A DNA stretch of 64,000 nucleotides from Dudresnaya verticillata (lineage: Eukaryota). The notes under the pieces were generated by a model, which worked only from the letters and a program-made list of their open reading frames with translations, searched no databases and was not told the DNA's origin. Shown here one piece after another: positions 23,890 through 34,221 of this stretch; within the stretch, counting starts at the first letter, position 1, and each line of letters starts with the position of its first letter. Made by a program: the position numbers and the translations under genes. Location of the stretch: NCBI GenBank assembly GCA_977862235.1, contig OZ374563.1, forward strand, positions 2,480,001 to 2,544,000, written 5' to 3'.

Positions 23890-25242
23890 ATGGCACGCCC
23901 AGCCGTATTGTTTGTTTTCTGCTTGTCCTTCTTCATTCATGTCGCCACATCTGAGCTCATCATTTATGGAACTGGTAGAAGAGAGACGGTCGGCCCGGTA
24001 GTTACTGATGGGATGTCTTTCTGTATCCCATCATTCACCAAAAGGTTCATCAGCATCAAGTGCACAGCACCAGCATCTGTGGGCTCCGTCACTTTCTACG
24101 TCGACGATGTCTTGGAGTCGGAACAGACTACACAGCCCTTCTTCCTCAAAGGGACTCGGCAAAACGGCAAAATCAAGCCTTGGAAGTTGTTACAGAATGA
24201 TGTTCCTATTCAAGTCGTCAATGTTCGCTGTGACTTAGACGACGGTACCAGTACCTCGGCGACCATCACGTTTGAATGTAGCGATATGAATGCTTCTCCG
24301 TCCCCATCTCCGAGTCCAGCTGGACCGCCTGCTTCAATGTATTTCGTAGAGGCATTGAAGCTCAATGTGAAGGGACCTATGCTCTACGATGGAATCAAGT
24401 TTTGCCCGTGGACGTTCAGCTCTGGAAAATTCAGCATCTTGTGCAAGGCAGGTGGCTCTCCGAAATCTGCGGATTTCTATGTGGACGGGACTTTGGTCAG
24501 AACGGAAAGAATTTCCCCGTTCTATCTAGCTGGAGACAAGTTCGGTCTTCCTGTTAGCTGGGAGGATTACCCAGCACAATTCACAGTTCGCTGTGATGTG
24601 ACGAACAGTGGCAACTTGGTGTCTTCAACGCTTGCAAATGTCGAAATCGATTGTGCAGGGTTTACAACTCCAGAGCCATCGCCTGACCCATCACCAACCG
24701 CGGCTCCAACTGGAACCTGTGTGGTAATCGATGCTAAAACATCACCACTCTCTGCCGGCTGGACAGAAGAAGAATCTGGTTTGGTATACAAACAAGATAT
24801 CTATTCGAAAGCGATTACAAAAGCTGGACAAGCACCCTTGTTCTTTACTATGGTGCCCGCCGCAACATCTCGACATTCATTCATCGTGGAAATGACCACC
24901 GCCAAAAGTGTGAATCATAATGATATATGGGCACGGTTCCCTGGCGGGTTTTCATTTTTGAGAAAAGGAGTTACGAAGGTAGGTGCTCCGTTCACTGGTT
25001 ATATTAAGGTCTATCACAATGGAAAAGGAAGAAAAGCTGCTTCAAGTTCTGTAGACAACGATCCACATTCAATCTCAACCTTTGCAGAACTCAAGAAAGG
25101 ACAGAGCTATACTTTTTCGCTATCTGGGCGCAGCTCTCTCGTTATCGTTCACAGAATTATCATGTTTCCATGCTCTGGTCTTGAATGCGAGCGAAAATCA
25201 ATAGTTTGGAAGCTGAAGCTTAACGAATGTGAAGCATTGTAA
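23890..25242 (+). CDS. Secreted protein: signal peptide, two repeated ~110-aa beta-rich modules, Pro/Ser linkers, C-terminal beta-sandwich (possible carbohydrate-binding)
   Basis: 450-aa ORF with a hydrophobic N-terminus. Repeats DG.xFC..F...FSI.C.A....S..FYVD..L..E...PF.L.G separated by SPSPSP and PEPSPDPSP linkers. Confidence 0.8.
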   Translation: MARPAVLFVFCLSFFIHVATSELIIYGTGRRETVGPVVTDGMSFCIPSFTKRFISIKCTAPASVGSVTFYVDDVLESEQTTQPFFLKGTRQNGKIKPWKLLQNDVPIQVVNVRCDLDDGTSTSATITFECSDMNASPSPSPSPAGPPASMYFVEALKLNVKGPMLYDGIKFCPWTFSSGKFSILCKAGGSPKSADFYVDGTLVRTERISPFYLAGDKFGLPVSWEDYPAQFTVRCDVTNSGNLVSSTLANVEIDCAGFTTPEPSPDPSPTAAPTGTCVVIDAKTSPLSAGWTEEESGLVYKQDIYSKAITKAGQAPLFFTMVPAATSRHSFIVEMTTAKSVNHNDIWARFPGGFSFLRKGVTKVGAPFTGYIKVYHNGKGRKAASSSVDNDPHSISTFAELKKGQSYTFSLSGRSSLVIVHRIIMFPCSGLECERKSIVWKLKLNECEAL

Positions 25243-27789
25243 AACATAGGAAAGCTTGACACATATGCAAGGTTTTCTAATGAAACCAATACCGACTTTG
25301 TTTCAAGGTTTTAAAGAATTCCAGATGACCTCGGCTAGCACGCACTGATACATCGCTTATCCGTAAGACGTACCAAGAAAAGCTAGGGACTGAGTAAATA
25401 TACTTATTGCCGGGAAACGAGGAGAGGACCGCTTTAGGTTGCCGACCATGTAAGGAGCAAATAAGTAATTGAGCAATGCGATAAGCAGAAAAAAGCTTAG
25501 CTGCGAAGAGTAGTCTCACTTATTCACAAGTGTCTAATTTCTTCGGGGATTCGCTGCATCTCGACTAAAACTGTGACAAGGAAGTTACCAGACGGTGAAG
25601 AGATTTTCCGTATAAATGGTACTACTAGAAGCGCTCCAAATGTACTGATGTGAGTTTCTGGCGGGGGTCGATATCAAGTGTGATTTTGTTGTGATTTTGT
25701 ATTCTACTTTGCGCACATGTGGATAAACTTGGGAAGCACCTGGATAGAACGGGCAAGCTGCATTATCAGATGGGAAGCTCAAAGTTGTCAAGTGGGTGAA
25801 ATCGAGGTGCTGTACTGCGATGGAAAGGCGTTACTAGTTTGCAGGCGAATGCTTTGCGAGGTGTGATGTGAATGGACAAACATGTGGACCGGGGGTGATT
25901 GCACATGTGTATATCGTCTTAGAAAGGACACATGGTTTACTACGAATGCAATAACAGCTCATATACTATCGTACAGTACTACTATGTGAAATTGTGATCA
26001 ACAGTTCGACGACGCACTCTTCTCTAAAGAGGACAAGGCACAGAATGCTAATTGCATTAGCACAGTATGGGTGTTTAAACTAGTGATCTATGTCAAAAGC
26101 TAAGAGTAGCGCATGCCGAGTAGCACATAGCAAGAAAACTGGTCCAGAAGTAGCGCGGAAGCGAGAAGCTGTGATCCAAACGTTTGCTGCTAACGGAAGT
26201 ATACTTGTGCATCTACGAGAAGTAAGAGGTGAGCATTAATCGAAGGAAGGTGTGCGGTAGAATTACAAATATGAAGAATGGATGCGTGCTGCACGCTAAA
26301 ACCGATGTTGCAAACAACGGACTTGGAAGTACAACTCTGTCAAATACTGTATTCTACGGGGAACAGGTTACAGTGCGTGTTCGCTGTACAGTACGGTACT
26401 GTAGTAGCGCAGTGCCCGCAGTGCGTCAAACGAGTTGCAACATGTGCTTTGGTGCGGCGCCTTGCACTGTTTGAAACAGACGTGAAACAGACGCAAAGCT
26501 ACAGAACATCCACTTGTTGGGCACCTACTGTGCAGTAGCACGGGCACCCATCGTTCCTCATATGTGCGTGGCCTGGAAACATATCAGTACGACCTCAAGT
26601 ATGCCACTGCACCGACTGGCGTGATCTGATCCGGCGGGTCGCTACGGATCAAATCCAATTTGCCAACGGGACAGGCAGCGCTCAAACACGTCTCAGCTGC
26701 AGCTCGTGGAGATCTTTTCTATCGACGCCGTGCGCAATGGCACTGCAATTGGTCCGCCTTCGCGCTGCGTGTAACATGCTAATGTCACGTGCTGCCCCAA
26801 CGTTGCAAACATACTTGTTCCGCTTTTAGTTTCAAGCTTCAAGCGCTTGAGGTATATACGGTACACACATGAGAGCGTCGCGCAAAGGCGGCATTGGAGT
26901 TGGAAAGCCTTGAAATCATCTCTTCATCTCATCTCAGGAGAGATTGATAGCTCAGAGCCAGCTTTATCAGTTGCATCAATAGTGCTTTTGATTGCCATCA
27001 TCATGACAAGACACTAGCAGCTTCGCCTGAGCAACGTTTCGTGAGCGTGCAACGAAGAGGTTTGCACAAGGTTTGTACAGTAGTACAGGTCCTGCGTCTG
27101 GCTGCAGGCGGCTGAAGCGTTGTACCATCAACATCGATGCGATGCGGTTTAAAGCGGCGGTTCGGGACGAATGCAGCAACGAGAACAGCGCAAAAACAGG
27201 GCCAAGTGGGAAACAATGCTCTGCAGGTGTATTGGGTGTGGCGTTACCGTGCAAACTCGGTGCGGAGCACTGCCAGCTGCACGCAATTACAGTATGTTTT
27301 TTTGTATCTTTCTCCACAAGCACTGTAACGCTGCCGACCCCGCTATCCTTCTCGAAGAGTACCCTTCCGCGGAGCTCATTGACGCGAGTCTCTATTCAAC
27401 CGCAGCGGCACAGCTTTGAAGCCCCTCTCACCAGACCCATTTCTGTCCTACTCTGAGCTTGTCTTGTGTTTGTCACCACTTCAGCACAACCTTTAAAACT
27501 TGTTTATCTACTCTCAAGCGCCGTATGTGCGGAGAGAACGGACATCCCTGTCAAGTTTATTAAAACAGATATACAAGTATGAAGGATGCCTCAAGTTTCA
27601 GAGAGCTGCAAATCTTCAGAGCGTCAGATGTAGCATCCTCAACAGCACAGCACGTGCAGTTACTATTTGCCGCCAGCAAACATGTTACATGAGCGGAGTG
27701 TGTCGTGGTGCTGTTGCTGTCGCGCATTCCCGATTTCAATATGGCAACCAGACTGCGCTATTGAGTTGAGCAGTGTACCCAGCGTAGAT

Positions 27790-28160
27790 GCATCATGATG
27801 ACCTTGATCATCATCACCATCATTTCTTACACCGCTGAACTCAGGGGCAACTGCCGCTGAACGCGGCAAAACAAACCAAATAAAGAAACGAACGCTTGCA
27901 CTCCTCCTGCCTACTAATACTGCATCACATTTCGTCCTCTGGCTTTCGTCAGTCATGCTTGCTTAGGTCCCGAGTACCGTCAATTCCTCCAGGCGCTCGC
28001 GCAATACATCTCCTCCCGCCGAGGCACTAATCCCTCTCGCCTATATCGTTCATTATCCTCTCTCCTACAGAAGTCCAGCCTATTCTGCATCTGTGTTTTC
28101 TTCACAGGGGAATGCTTTTAGAGCTCCCCTCTTGTTATTGATGCTCAAGTCTTAATAAAG
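27790..28160 (+). mobile_element. Possible decayed 3' end of a restriction-like-endonuclease (CRE/R2/NeSL-type) non-LTR retroelement
   Basis: Stop-interrupted translation ITFRPLAFVSHACLGPEYRQFLQALAQYISSRRGTNPSRLYRSLSSLLQKS resembles the RLE C-terminal pattern. AATAAA at ~28154. Confidence 0.35.
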
Positions 28161-28549
28161 TCGGGACATCATGACCACGATGGTGATGAATGTCTGAGTT
28201 GTAGTACGGGTCCATGTACAGTAGATATCTGCACTGTCACGCTGCCGCTCAAAGATTGCCGCTGACAGCTGTCCTGAGTCTCGCCGTTGAAGCTCCAGCT
28301 GCATTGTAAGCCCACGCCTACACCTGCACCCCATTGTTGTAAAGATCTGTTCGAAGACCATGCCGGAGCTGAAACGCAACGCAAACCCCCCCACCAACAA
28401 CCGCGCCTCGTTTTGCCTGTCGACACTCCCTCGCATCCTCGCATGTCGCGCATTGCTCAACGCCTCATGCTTGCTTGCAACACCCCCATCACCCCCGTTC
28501 TTGCGGTCTACTCCTGCAAACCTGACTAGCCGCAGCCACTCTGCCCGAA

Positions 28550-31500
28550 ATGTCGTCCCTGCACGAGAGCCTTCGTGCATGGTTCTCGCGTCCCCGCCGC
28601 GGGCGCGCTGAGGGCTTGGAAGCTATTCTCAAGCAGGCTCGATCCATGGAACGCCCGTTATCTCCGGAGCTCGCAGACTGGCCCACCGTTGTAGCGTTGT
28701 ATCAACGAGTCGTCGAGGAGGGCCGCGTCTGTAGAGCTGAGTCCGATAGTACCTGCAACGAATGTTACGAACAAGCTCTCATTGCCCTGGCTGACATATT
28801 GGAGACTGGCGGTCCAGGCGTGCCACAGAATGGTGCTCGAGCTGTGCGTCTCTACGAAGAGGCCATTCGGGAATGTCACAGCTTCAAGGCAAGGAACGAC
28901 CTAGCATTGCTTCTTGAACGAGGATGCCCCGGCGTAGACGCAGATCCTGTCCGGGCAAAGGAATTGTATGAGTGGTGTATGTCAGAGTCATCAGGCGATC
29001 AAAGACTTGATGCAATGTGCAACCTTGCCGTCTTGCTGCAGACTGGAGCACTCGGGGTAGCGAAGGACGAATCTCATGCACAGATAATATACAATGAAGT
29101 TCTCGAAGCATGGGATGATTGTAGATTGGAGAACAATCTGGCACTTCCTGTACAAGATCCAGATCCAGAATACGCAGATGCTTTGTTTACCGAAACGTTG
29201 AAGAAACGCGAAAGAGGGGATGTGATGAACAATTTCGCACTTCTGCTGCAAAGAAGAGAGAACACATCGTGTTTGGAAAGGGCAGTTTCATTGTATTATC
29301 GTGCAATCGAACAACATGGAAATGTGCACGCCATGGTGAACCTCGCAAATCTCTATCGCTTCGGTGTTGACTCGTATCCGTACGGTTTGGCTGGGGACTT
29401 GAGGAATGCGAGAAAGGCAGCCGAACTGTATGAAGTGGCTATCGAAGAAGCAGAAGATGTGGATGCGTTAGCTGGTCTGGCACGGTTGGTCCGGACTGGA
29501 GACGTTTCGTATCCGAACAGGGATGTTGAGCGCGCAATTAATCTTATGGACAGGGCTTGCAGGAAGGGTGGGCCTCGATTGTCTGTCCATTTAACGACGC
29601 TTGCGCGCTTTCTACTAGCAGAGGATGCTGGTCGATTGAGGGACCCTCCACGGGCCAAGGCGTTGTTGGAAGAGGCGGTTAGAGTTGAGCCCAATGCACT
29701 GGCCCTACATGAACTCGCGGTTCTGATGCGGAAGGGAGATGATGGGGTCGAACCAGATGCTGATGGGGCCATGGTGCTTTTCAAGAAAGCCAAAGGCCAG
29801 AGAGTGAAAGAAGGAGGGGCGTATATGGGGGCCTCCTTATCGACTATTGTGGACGCCGGAAGCGACCTGGACGGTACGCTACTGAAAACTCTACGTGAAG
29901 CAAAGACCAGACCGCGGCAGTGCTTTGTCATGGTTTTAGGAGGTCCCGGGCGTGGGAAAACATGCACTGTGGCGAGTTTGAGGGGTATGAGTTTTGAGTC
30001 GATGCATCTATCAACTAGATGTGCTGACCTGAGTCGACTGTTTGTGGTGCCTGGTCAAAGGCAACTGTCCGATGAAGAGCTTGAGGAGCTCTTTTTTCGG
30101 TATGAGACTTTTCCAGCGGTTATATCGAGGACGAGGAGGTTGATCCGGCCGAAGAGGCTAGATCCTCTTCCGTGCCACACGGGCGATTTCACTCAAGCCG
30201 GGGGCTTTCCAGAGAGGACTGCAATCATTCGCTCCTTTGGAAAAACGTCACGGATTGCTAGTGTTATGCAGTTTGCGTCAAGTAGACCAGATACTTCACA
30301 ATCGCTGGGTGCGGCAGGTGTTCTGGGAGATGGGGTGCGGACTACAGAATTTAGGGGACGGATTGGTAAGTTGTCGTGTATTTGGCGCCCCTCTTCTTGG
30401 AGCGCTTCGAGAGCTACAGGAATACTGGAAAGAGCTCGGATGGCCATATCGGAGAACCCGATATTAGTGGATGAAGAAGGTTCACTAGTGCAGTGCTGGG
30501 ATTTAGGTGGTGAGCGGGAGTATGTGATGGCGCATGCGCTCTTCGTACGCTTCGTGAACGTCGCTATTTTTGTGATTGACCTGGAGAAACTAGCCAAGAT
30601 CTCAACTCGTGACGCCGAAGTAAGGGAACTCTGCAAATGGATACAACTTGCATATTCATTGGCGAGTGACCCTGGTTTGGTTATCCCGATTATTGTTGGC
30701 ACAAGGAAGGCCACCTGTGGCGATTCAGATGCCCTGTTGAAGACCTTAAAAAGACTCTTGCTATATGAACTAGGGCGTGCAGCATATGATGGTTGGATTC
30801 GAAGGCGTACCGAATCGGAAGGAAATTATCGCCTACAATGTGTCGCGATGGAAAATAGCATTGCACAGAATGACGCCCAGGGGTCTGGACTCGAGGAGCT
30901 GGAAACAGCAGTTCACGAAGCCGCTAGGTCAATTGTTAATCACCGACCAGAGATTCCAGCGCGATGGGTTGCGTTTGTTGATCATTTGGAGGAGACATCT
31001 TCTATAAGCAATGCAGGGTTTCGGACTAGAGCGGATGTCGAAGCGACTTTGAAAGGATTCCCAGGTTTTAGCGAGGACAGGCAGAATCGAGAGCATGATG
31101 GACTAGACGCATTGAAGTTCTTTCGCGGAACAGGACGACTAACGCTCTTCCAGGTGTCCAAGACGGAATACTATGTGTTCATGAATCCTGAAAAGCTGGT
31201 CGACTTTGTCCGACAAGTTACGGGGCCGGAAGATCTAGCAATTGAGAGGCTAGGTAAGAACCACGCTGTTATGCTCAGCAAGGGCTTGCTTACGCAGGAG
31301 GGCCTTGCAGTTTTGTGGCCAAGAATAACAGATGAGGTGAGGGGTGTGATGCTCGGGTTGCTGTGTGAAGTTGACCTGTTATTACGCCTGAAGCAGTCGA
31401 ACAGTAGCTCAGATCTGATTGGAATCCCTGCGCTACTTCCAGAGGGCTGGGACGGATTCAAGTGGAATCTGAAGGCGGGACAGTATGAGGTTACGGTGAT

Positions 31501-32617
31501 AACTAAGTTTGTGGACGTCCTGCCACCAAGCCTCGCTGGGTCGTTGATACCTCATCTGCATCGGACTGTGGGAGAAGAACGTACAAGCGTTGAAGAGCTT
31601 TGTGCGAATGCGGTAATTCTATCTGTGGATCATCGTAGCCGCGTTGCAGTGGTGTTCAAGAGAGCAAGGAGGCAGATCTGGTGGACGGTGCGTTCTGAGA
31701 AACCTTTGGAAATATCTCAAAAGTGCCTGAAAACGCTTGAGGAGTTTCTCAACGGACCGCTCCGGGGAATGGAGGTTGAGCGGGAGCATGTTTTGGTTTC
31801 GGACTGTCTCGAATCAAAACAGGGGTGTGGAGGAAGGCAAACTGTGAGGTTTACGCTACCCACGGAATGGGTTAGCGGGAGTAGTTCATGCGAATTGTCG
31901 GCGGACCTCAGGGGGAATTGTGTTGACGGACAGCCGTGGGAACTTTGTGAGTTGCTGCCGAAGATGACCAAAGTGGGGACAGTAGACTCGGGACAGCAAT
32001 CAGTTGTTATGGAAGATGCTAGCGTGCCGTACGACGTGTTTATCAGTCACGCTGGGAGTGAGAAGCATTCGATAGCGTACCCGATTCGAAAGGCGCTAGA
32101 GGGTCGCGGGTTGCGATGCTTTCTCGACGAGGAGAGCCTCAAGGTATCATCGCGCACGAACGGGGAGCAAATCCTGGCAGCGCTGCGCGGGAGCCGTTGT
32201 GCGATATTCGTGCTATCGGCAGAGTTTGCGGCGCGGAAGTGGCCAATGCTGGAGCTGACGGAGTTTCAGAAGCGACACGAAGAGTGTAGGAAGAAGGATG
32301 AGGAACGGCCGGTGCTGTTTCCTCTGTTCTACGGGTTGGACGTTGTGGAGGACTGCGGGGACGTGAATCTACCGAATCGGGAGTCACTGCGGGGGCTGTT
32401 TGAGGAGCGCGGGTTCTTCCGGCACGAACGGCAGCTGAAGCTGTCGACAGCGCAGGCGATGCAGGCGTTGAAGGAGCTGAGCCGGTTTATCGGGCTGCGG
32501 AACGACCGCAACGAGACGGGTGAGGAGTTTGCGGGGCGCGCGGCGCGCGAGCTGGGGAAGGTCCTGCTGGGGACTGCGACTGCGGGTGAGAGTGAGGGAG
32601 CGGTAGAGGAGGGGTGA
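28550..32617 (+). CDS. Sel1-like repeats + Roc GTPase + COR-like + C-terminal TIR domain protein
   Basis: 1355-aa single ORF. Sel1-like repeats (AMCNLAVLLQTGALGVAKD, AMVNLANLYRFG, ALHELAVLMRKGDDGVEPD). P-loop GGPGRGKT, WDLGG, IIVGTRK. COR-like IPARW, FMNPEKLVDFVR. TIR YDVFISHAG..CFLDEE..FVLSAEFAARKWPMLEL. Confidence 0.88.
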   Translation: MSSLHESLRAWFSRPRRGRAEGLEAILKQARSMERPLSPELADWPTVVALYQRVVEEGRVCRAESDSTCNECYEQALIALADILETGGPGVPQNGARAVRLYEEAIRECHSFKARNDLALLLERGCPGVDADPVRAKELYEWCMSESSGDQRLDAMCNLAVLLQTGALGVAKDESHAQIIYNEVLEAWDDCRLENNLALPVQDPDPEYADALFTETLKKRERGDVMNNFALLLQRRENTSCLERAVSLYYRAIEQHGNVHAMVNLANLYRFGVDSYPYGLAGDLRNARKAAELYEVAIEEAEDVDALAGLARLVRTGDVSYPNRDVERAINLMDRACRKGGPRLSVHLTTLARFLLAEDAGRLRDPPRAKALLEEAVRVEPNALALHELAVLMRKGDDGVEPDADGAMVLFKKAKGQRVKEGGAYMGASLSTIVDAGSDLDGTLLKTLREAKTRPRQCFVMVLGGPGRGKTCTVASLRGMSFESMHLSTRCADLSRLFVVPGQRQLSDEELEELFFRYETFPAVISRTRRLIRPKRLDPLPCHTGDFTQAGGFPERTAIIRSFGKTSRIASVMQFASSRPDTSQSLGAAGVLGDGVRTTEFRGRIGKLSCIWRPSSWSASRATGILERARMAISENPILVDEEGSLVQCWDLGGEREYVMAHALFVRFVNVAIFVIDLEKLAKISTRDAEVRELCKWIQLAYSLASDPGLVIPIIVGTRKATCGDSDALLKTLKRLLLYELGRAAYDGWIRRRTESEGNYRLQCVAMENSIAQNDAQGSGLEELETAVHEAARSIVNHRPEIPARWVAFVDHLEETSSISNAGFRTRADVEATLKGFPGFSEDRQNREHDGLDALKFFRGTGRLTLFQVSKTEYYVFMNPEKLVDFVRQVTGPEDLAIERLGKNHAVMLSKGLLTQEGLAVLWPRITDEVRGVMLGLLCEVDLLLRLKQSNSSSDLIGIPALLPEGWDGFKWNLKAGQYEVTVITKFVDVLPPSLAGSLIPHLHRTVGEERTSVEELCANAVILSVDHRSRVAVVFKRARRQIWWTVRSEKPLEISQKCLKTLEEFLNGPLRGMEVEREHVLVSDCLESKQGCGGRQTVRFTLPTEWVSGSSSCELSADLRGNCVDGQPWELCELLPKMTKVGTVDSGQQSVVMEDASVPYDVFISHAGSEKHSIAYPIRKALEGRGLRCFLDEESLKVSSRTNGEQILAALRGSRCAIFVLSAEFAARKWPMLELTEFQKRHEECRKKDEERPVLFPLFYGLDVVEDCGDVNLPNRESLRGLFEERGFFRHERQLKLSTAQAMQALKELSRFIGLRNDRNETGEEFAGRAARELGKVLLGTATAGESEGAVEEG

Positions 32618-34221
32618 GGATTTGGTAGATGGGGCCACAGGACGAGGCGGGTGGATTGCAAGTTGTTTGATGGCTTGATGGTGGAGACTTGGATCTGGAT
32701 TGGGCATGGGCATGGGGGGCTCCTGTTCCGCGCTGGGATGGTGGTGGTTGTTGGCATGGCGCGCGAGCTATGCTCTACAGTAGTGTACTGTAGCTCTACA
32801 GTATGTTGCAAATGTCTCCGTGTCCAAAACAGGGGCCGTTTTGGCGATCGCGATTGGCATCTGGATTGTGGGTACTGTACGGTGCCGAGTACACAAATTA
32901 ACGTCGTCGACGCTTGAGCCGCTCCTACGGTACCTTCAAGGTAACACAAAATCTCTCTCGCAGCGATGCAACCGCATCCGCGAGCGCCTCTCCCCCTACA
33001 GACGCGAACAAAAAGGTTGGGAAAACGAGAAAAAAAAGGGCAAAGCACAAAAGCTCAGTCAGTCATACCTCAGCCAGCAGCCTCGCGCAGCGCAGCGCAA
33101 CGCCGCCCAACAAAAACGCCGCTTCCTCGTGGAATCGACTCCCTCGCAACACAACACTACACCCCCGCGGCCTACCGCGTTTTTTCTCGCAAAACTAAAG
33201 CCCCACTTTTGTCAGCTTTTCCTCCGCAAACACCCACTCGTCTTCCACGCCCGCGCCCGCCCGCCCTTGCGCCCTTGCGCCCTTGCGCCCGCCCGCCGCA
33301 CGCGCTCCACACACCCCGAGCCCCGCTCCTTAAATATCGCCGCGCCGCGCCGCACCCGCACCCCCCCGCCCCCCGCGCGCGCATCATCCGTCCGCCCGGC
33401 GCGCACCCCCCCCCCCCCCCCCCCCCCCCCCCACCCCCGCCCCGCCCCGCACCCGCACCCACACCCACACCCACACCCACCCACCCACACACACACACAC
33501 ACACGCCCGCCGTCGCGGCACCCGCGTGCTCTCGCTGCCACGCCGCCCGCAACCGCGCGCGCCTGCCTCGCGCGCGCGCGCGCCTGCGCCGCGGCATATC
33601 TTTGCGCGCTGCCACCCGTGCGGCGCGTCTGTTGCGTCCACGGGCGCGTCCGGCCCGCCCCGGCCCGGCCCGCCTTGCATTCTAGTCGTCCCCTTGCCGT
33701 GCCGTGCCGTGCCTGCAACGCGACTTTGCACTCACCCCGCTGCGTCAAGTCGTCTGTCTGCTCTTGGCGTCTTGGCCACAGTCGGGCTTTTTCATGTCTA
33801 TCCTGCTTCCACCTGCTCGGCTTCGACCTTGGCTTCGTGCAAGTCGTACTCAACCCGATTTGCCAACATGCTTGGCTCTTTTCCGCCCGACCCGAGAAGA
33901 ACCCTTCGAATCAACACTCGCCAGAATGGTTACGGCATGGCTATGGTATTCTCTTGCCCCGACCAAACTGCCCTACCACGCCACTCGACAGTCAATCCGC
34001 ATACGCTCATGAATGCCATCGCAGGTCACGCACGCTTATGCTAGAGCAACTGACAACAACAACATCTAACATGAATACAATGTGGGCAGCAAAGACACGC
34101 CTATTTACAACAAGTCAACTCGGTTAAATTCACAAGGTTGCGTGCGATACGCAGAGAACAAGGCCAGCCAATATATATATATGTCGTCCCTACACGCCAT
34201 GGCAGAACCACAAGCTCAAGC

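Noticed and set aside
32820..34127. 435-aa ORF and overlapping GC-rich ORFs
   Set aside because: They run through poly-C and (CA)n low-complexity DNA, lack stops by composition and show no protein motifs.
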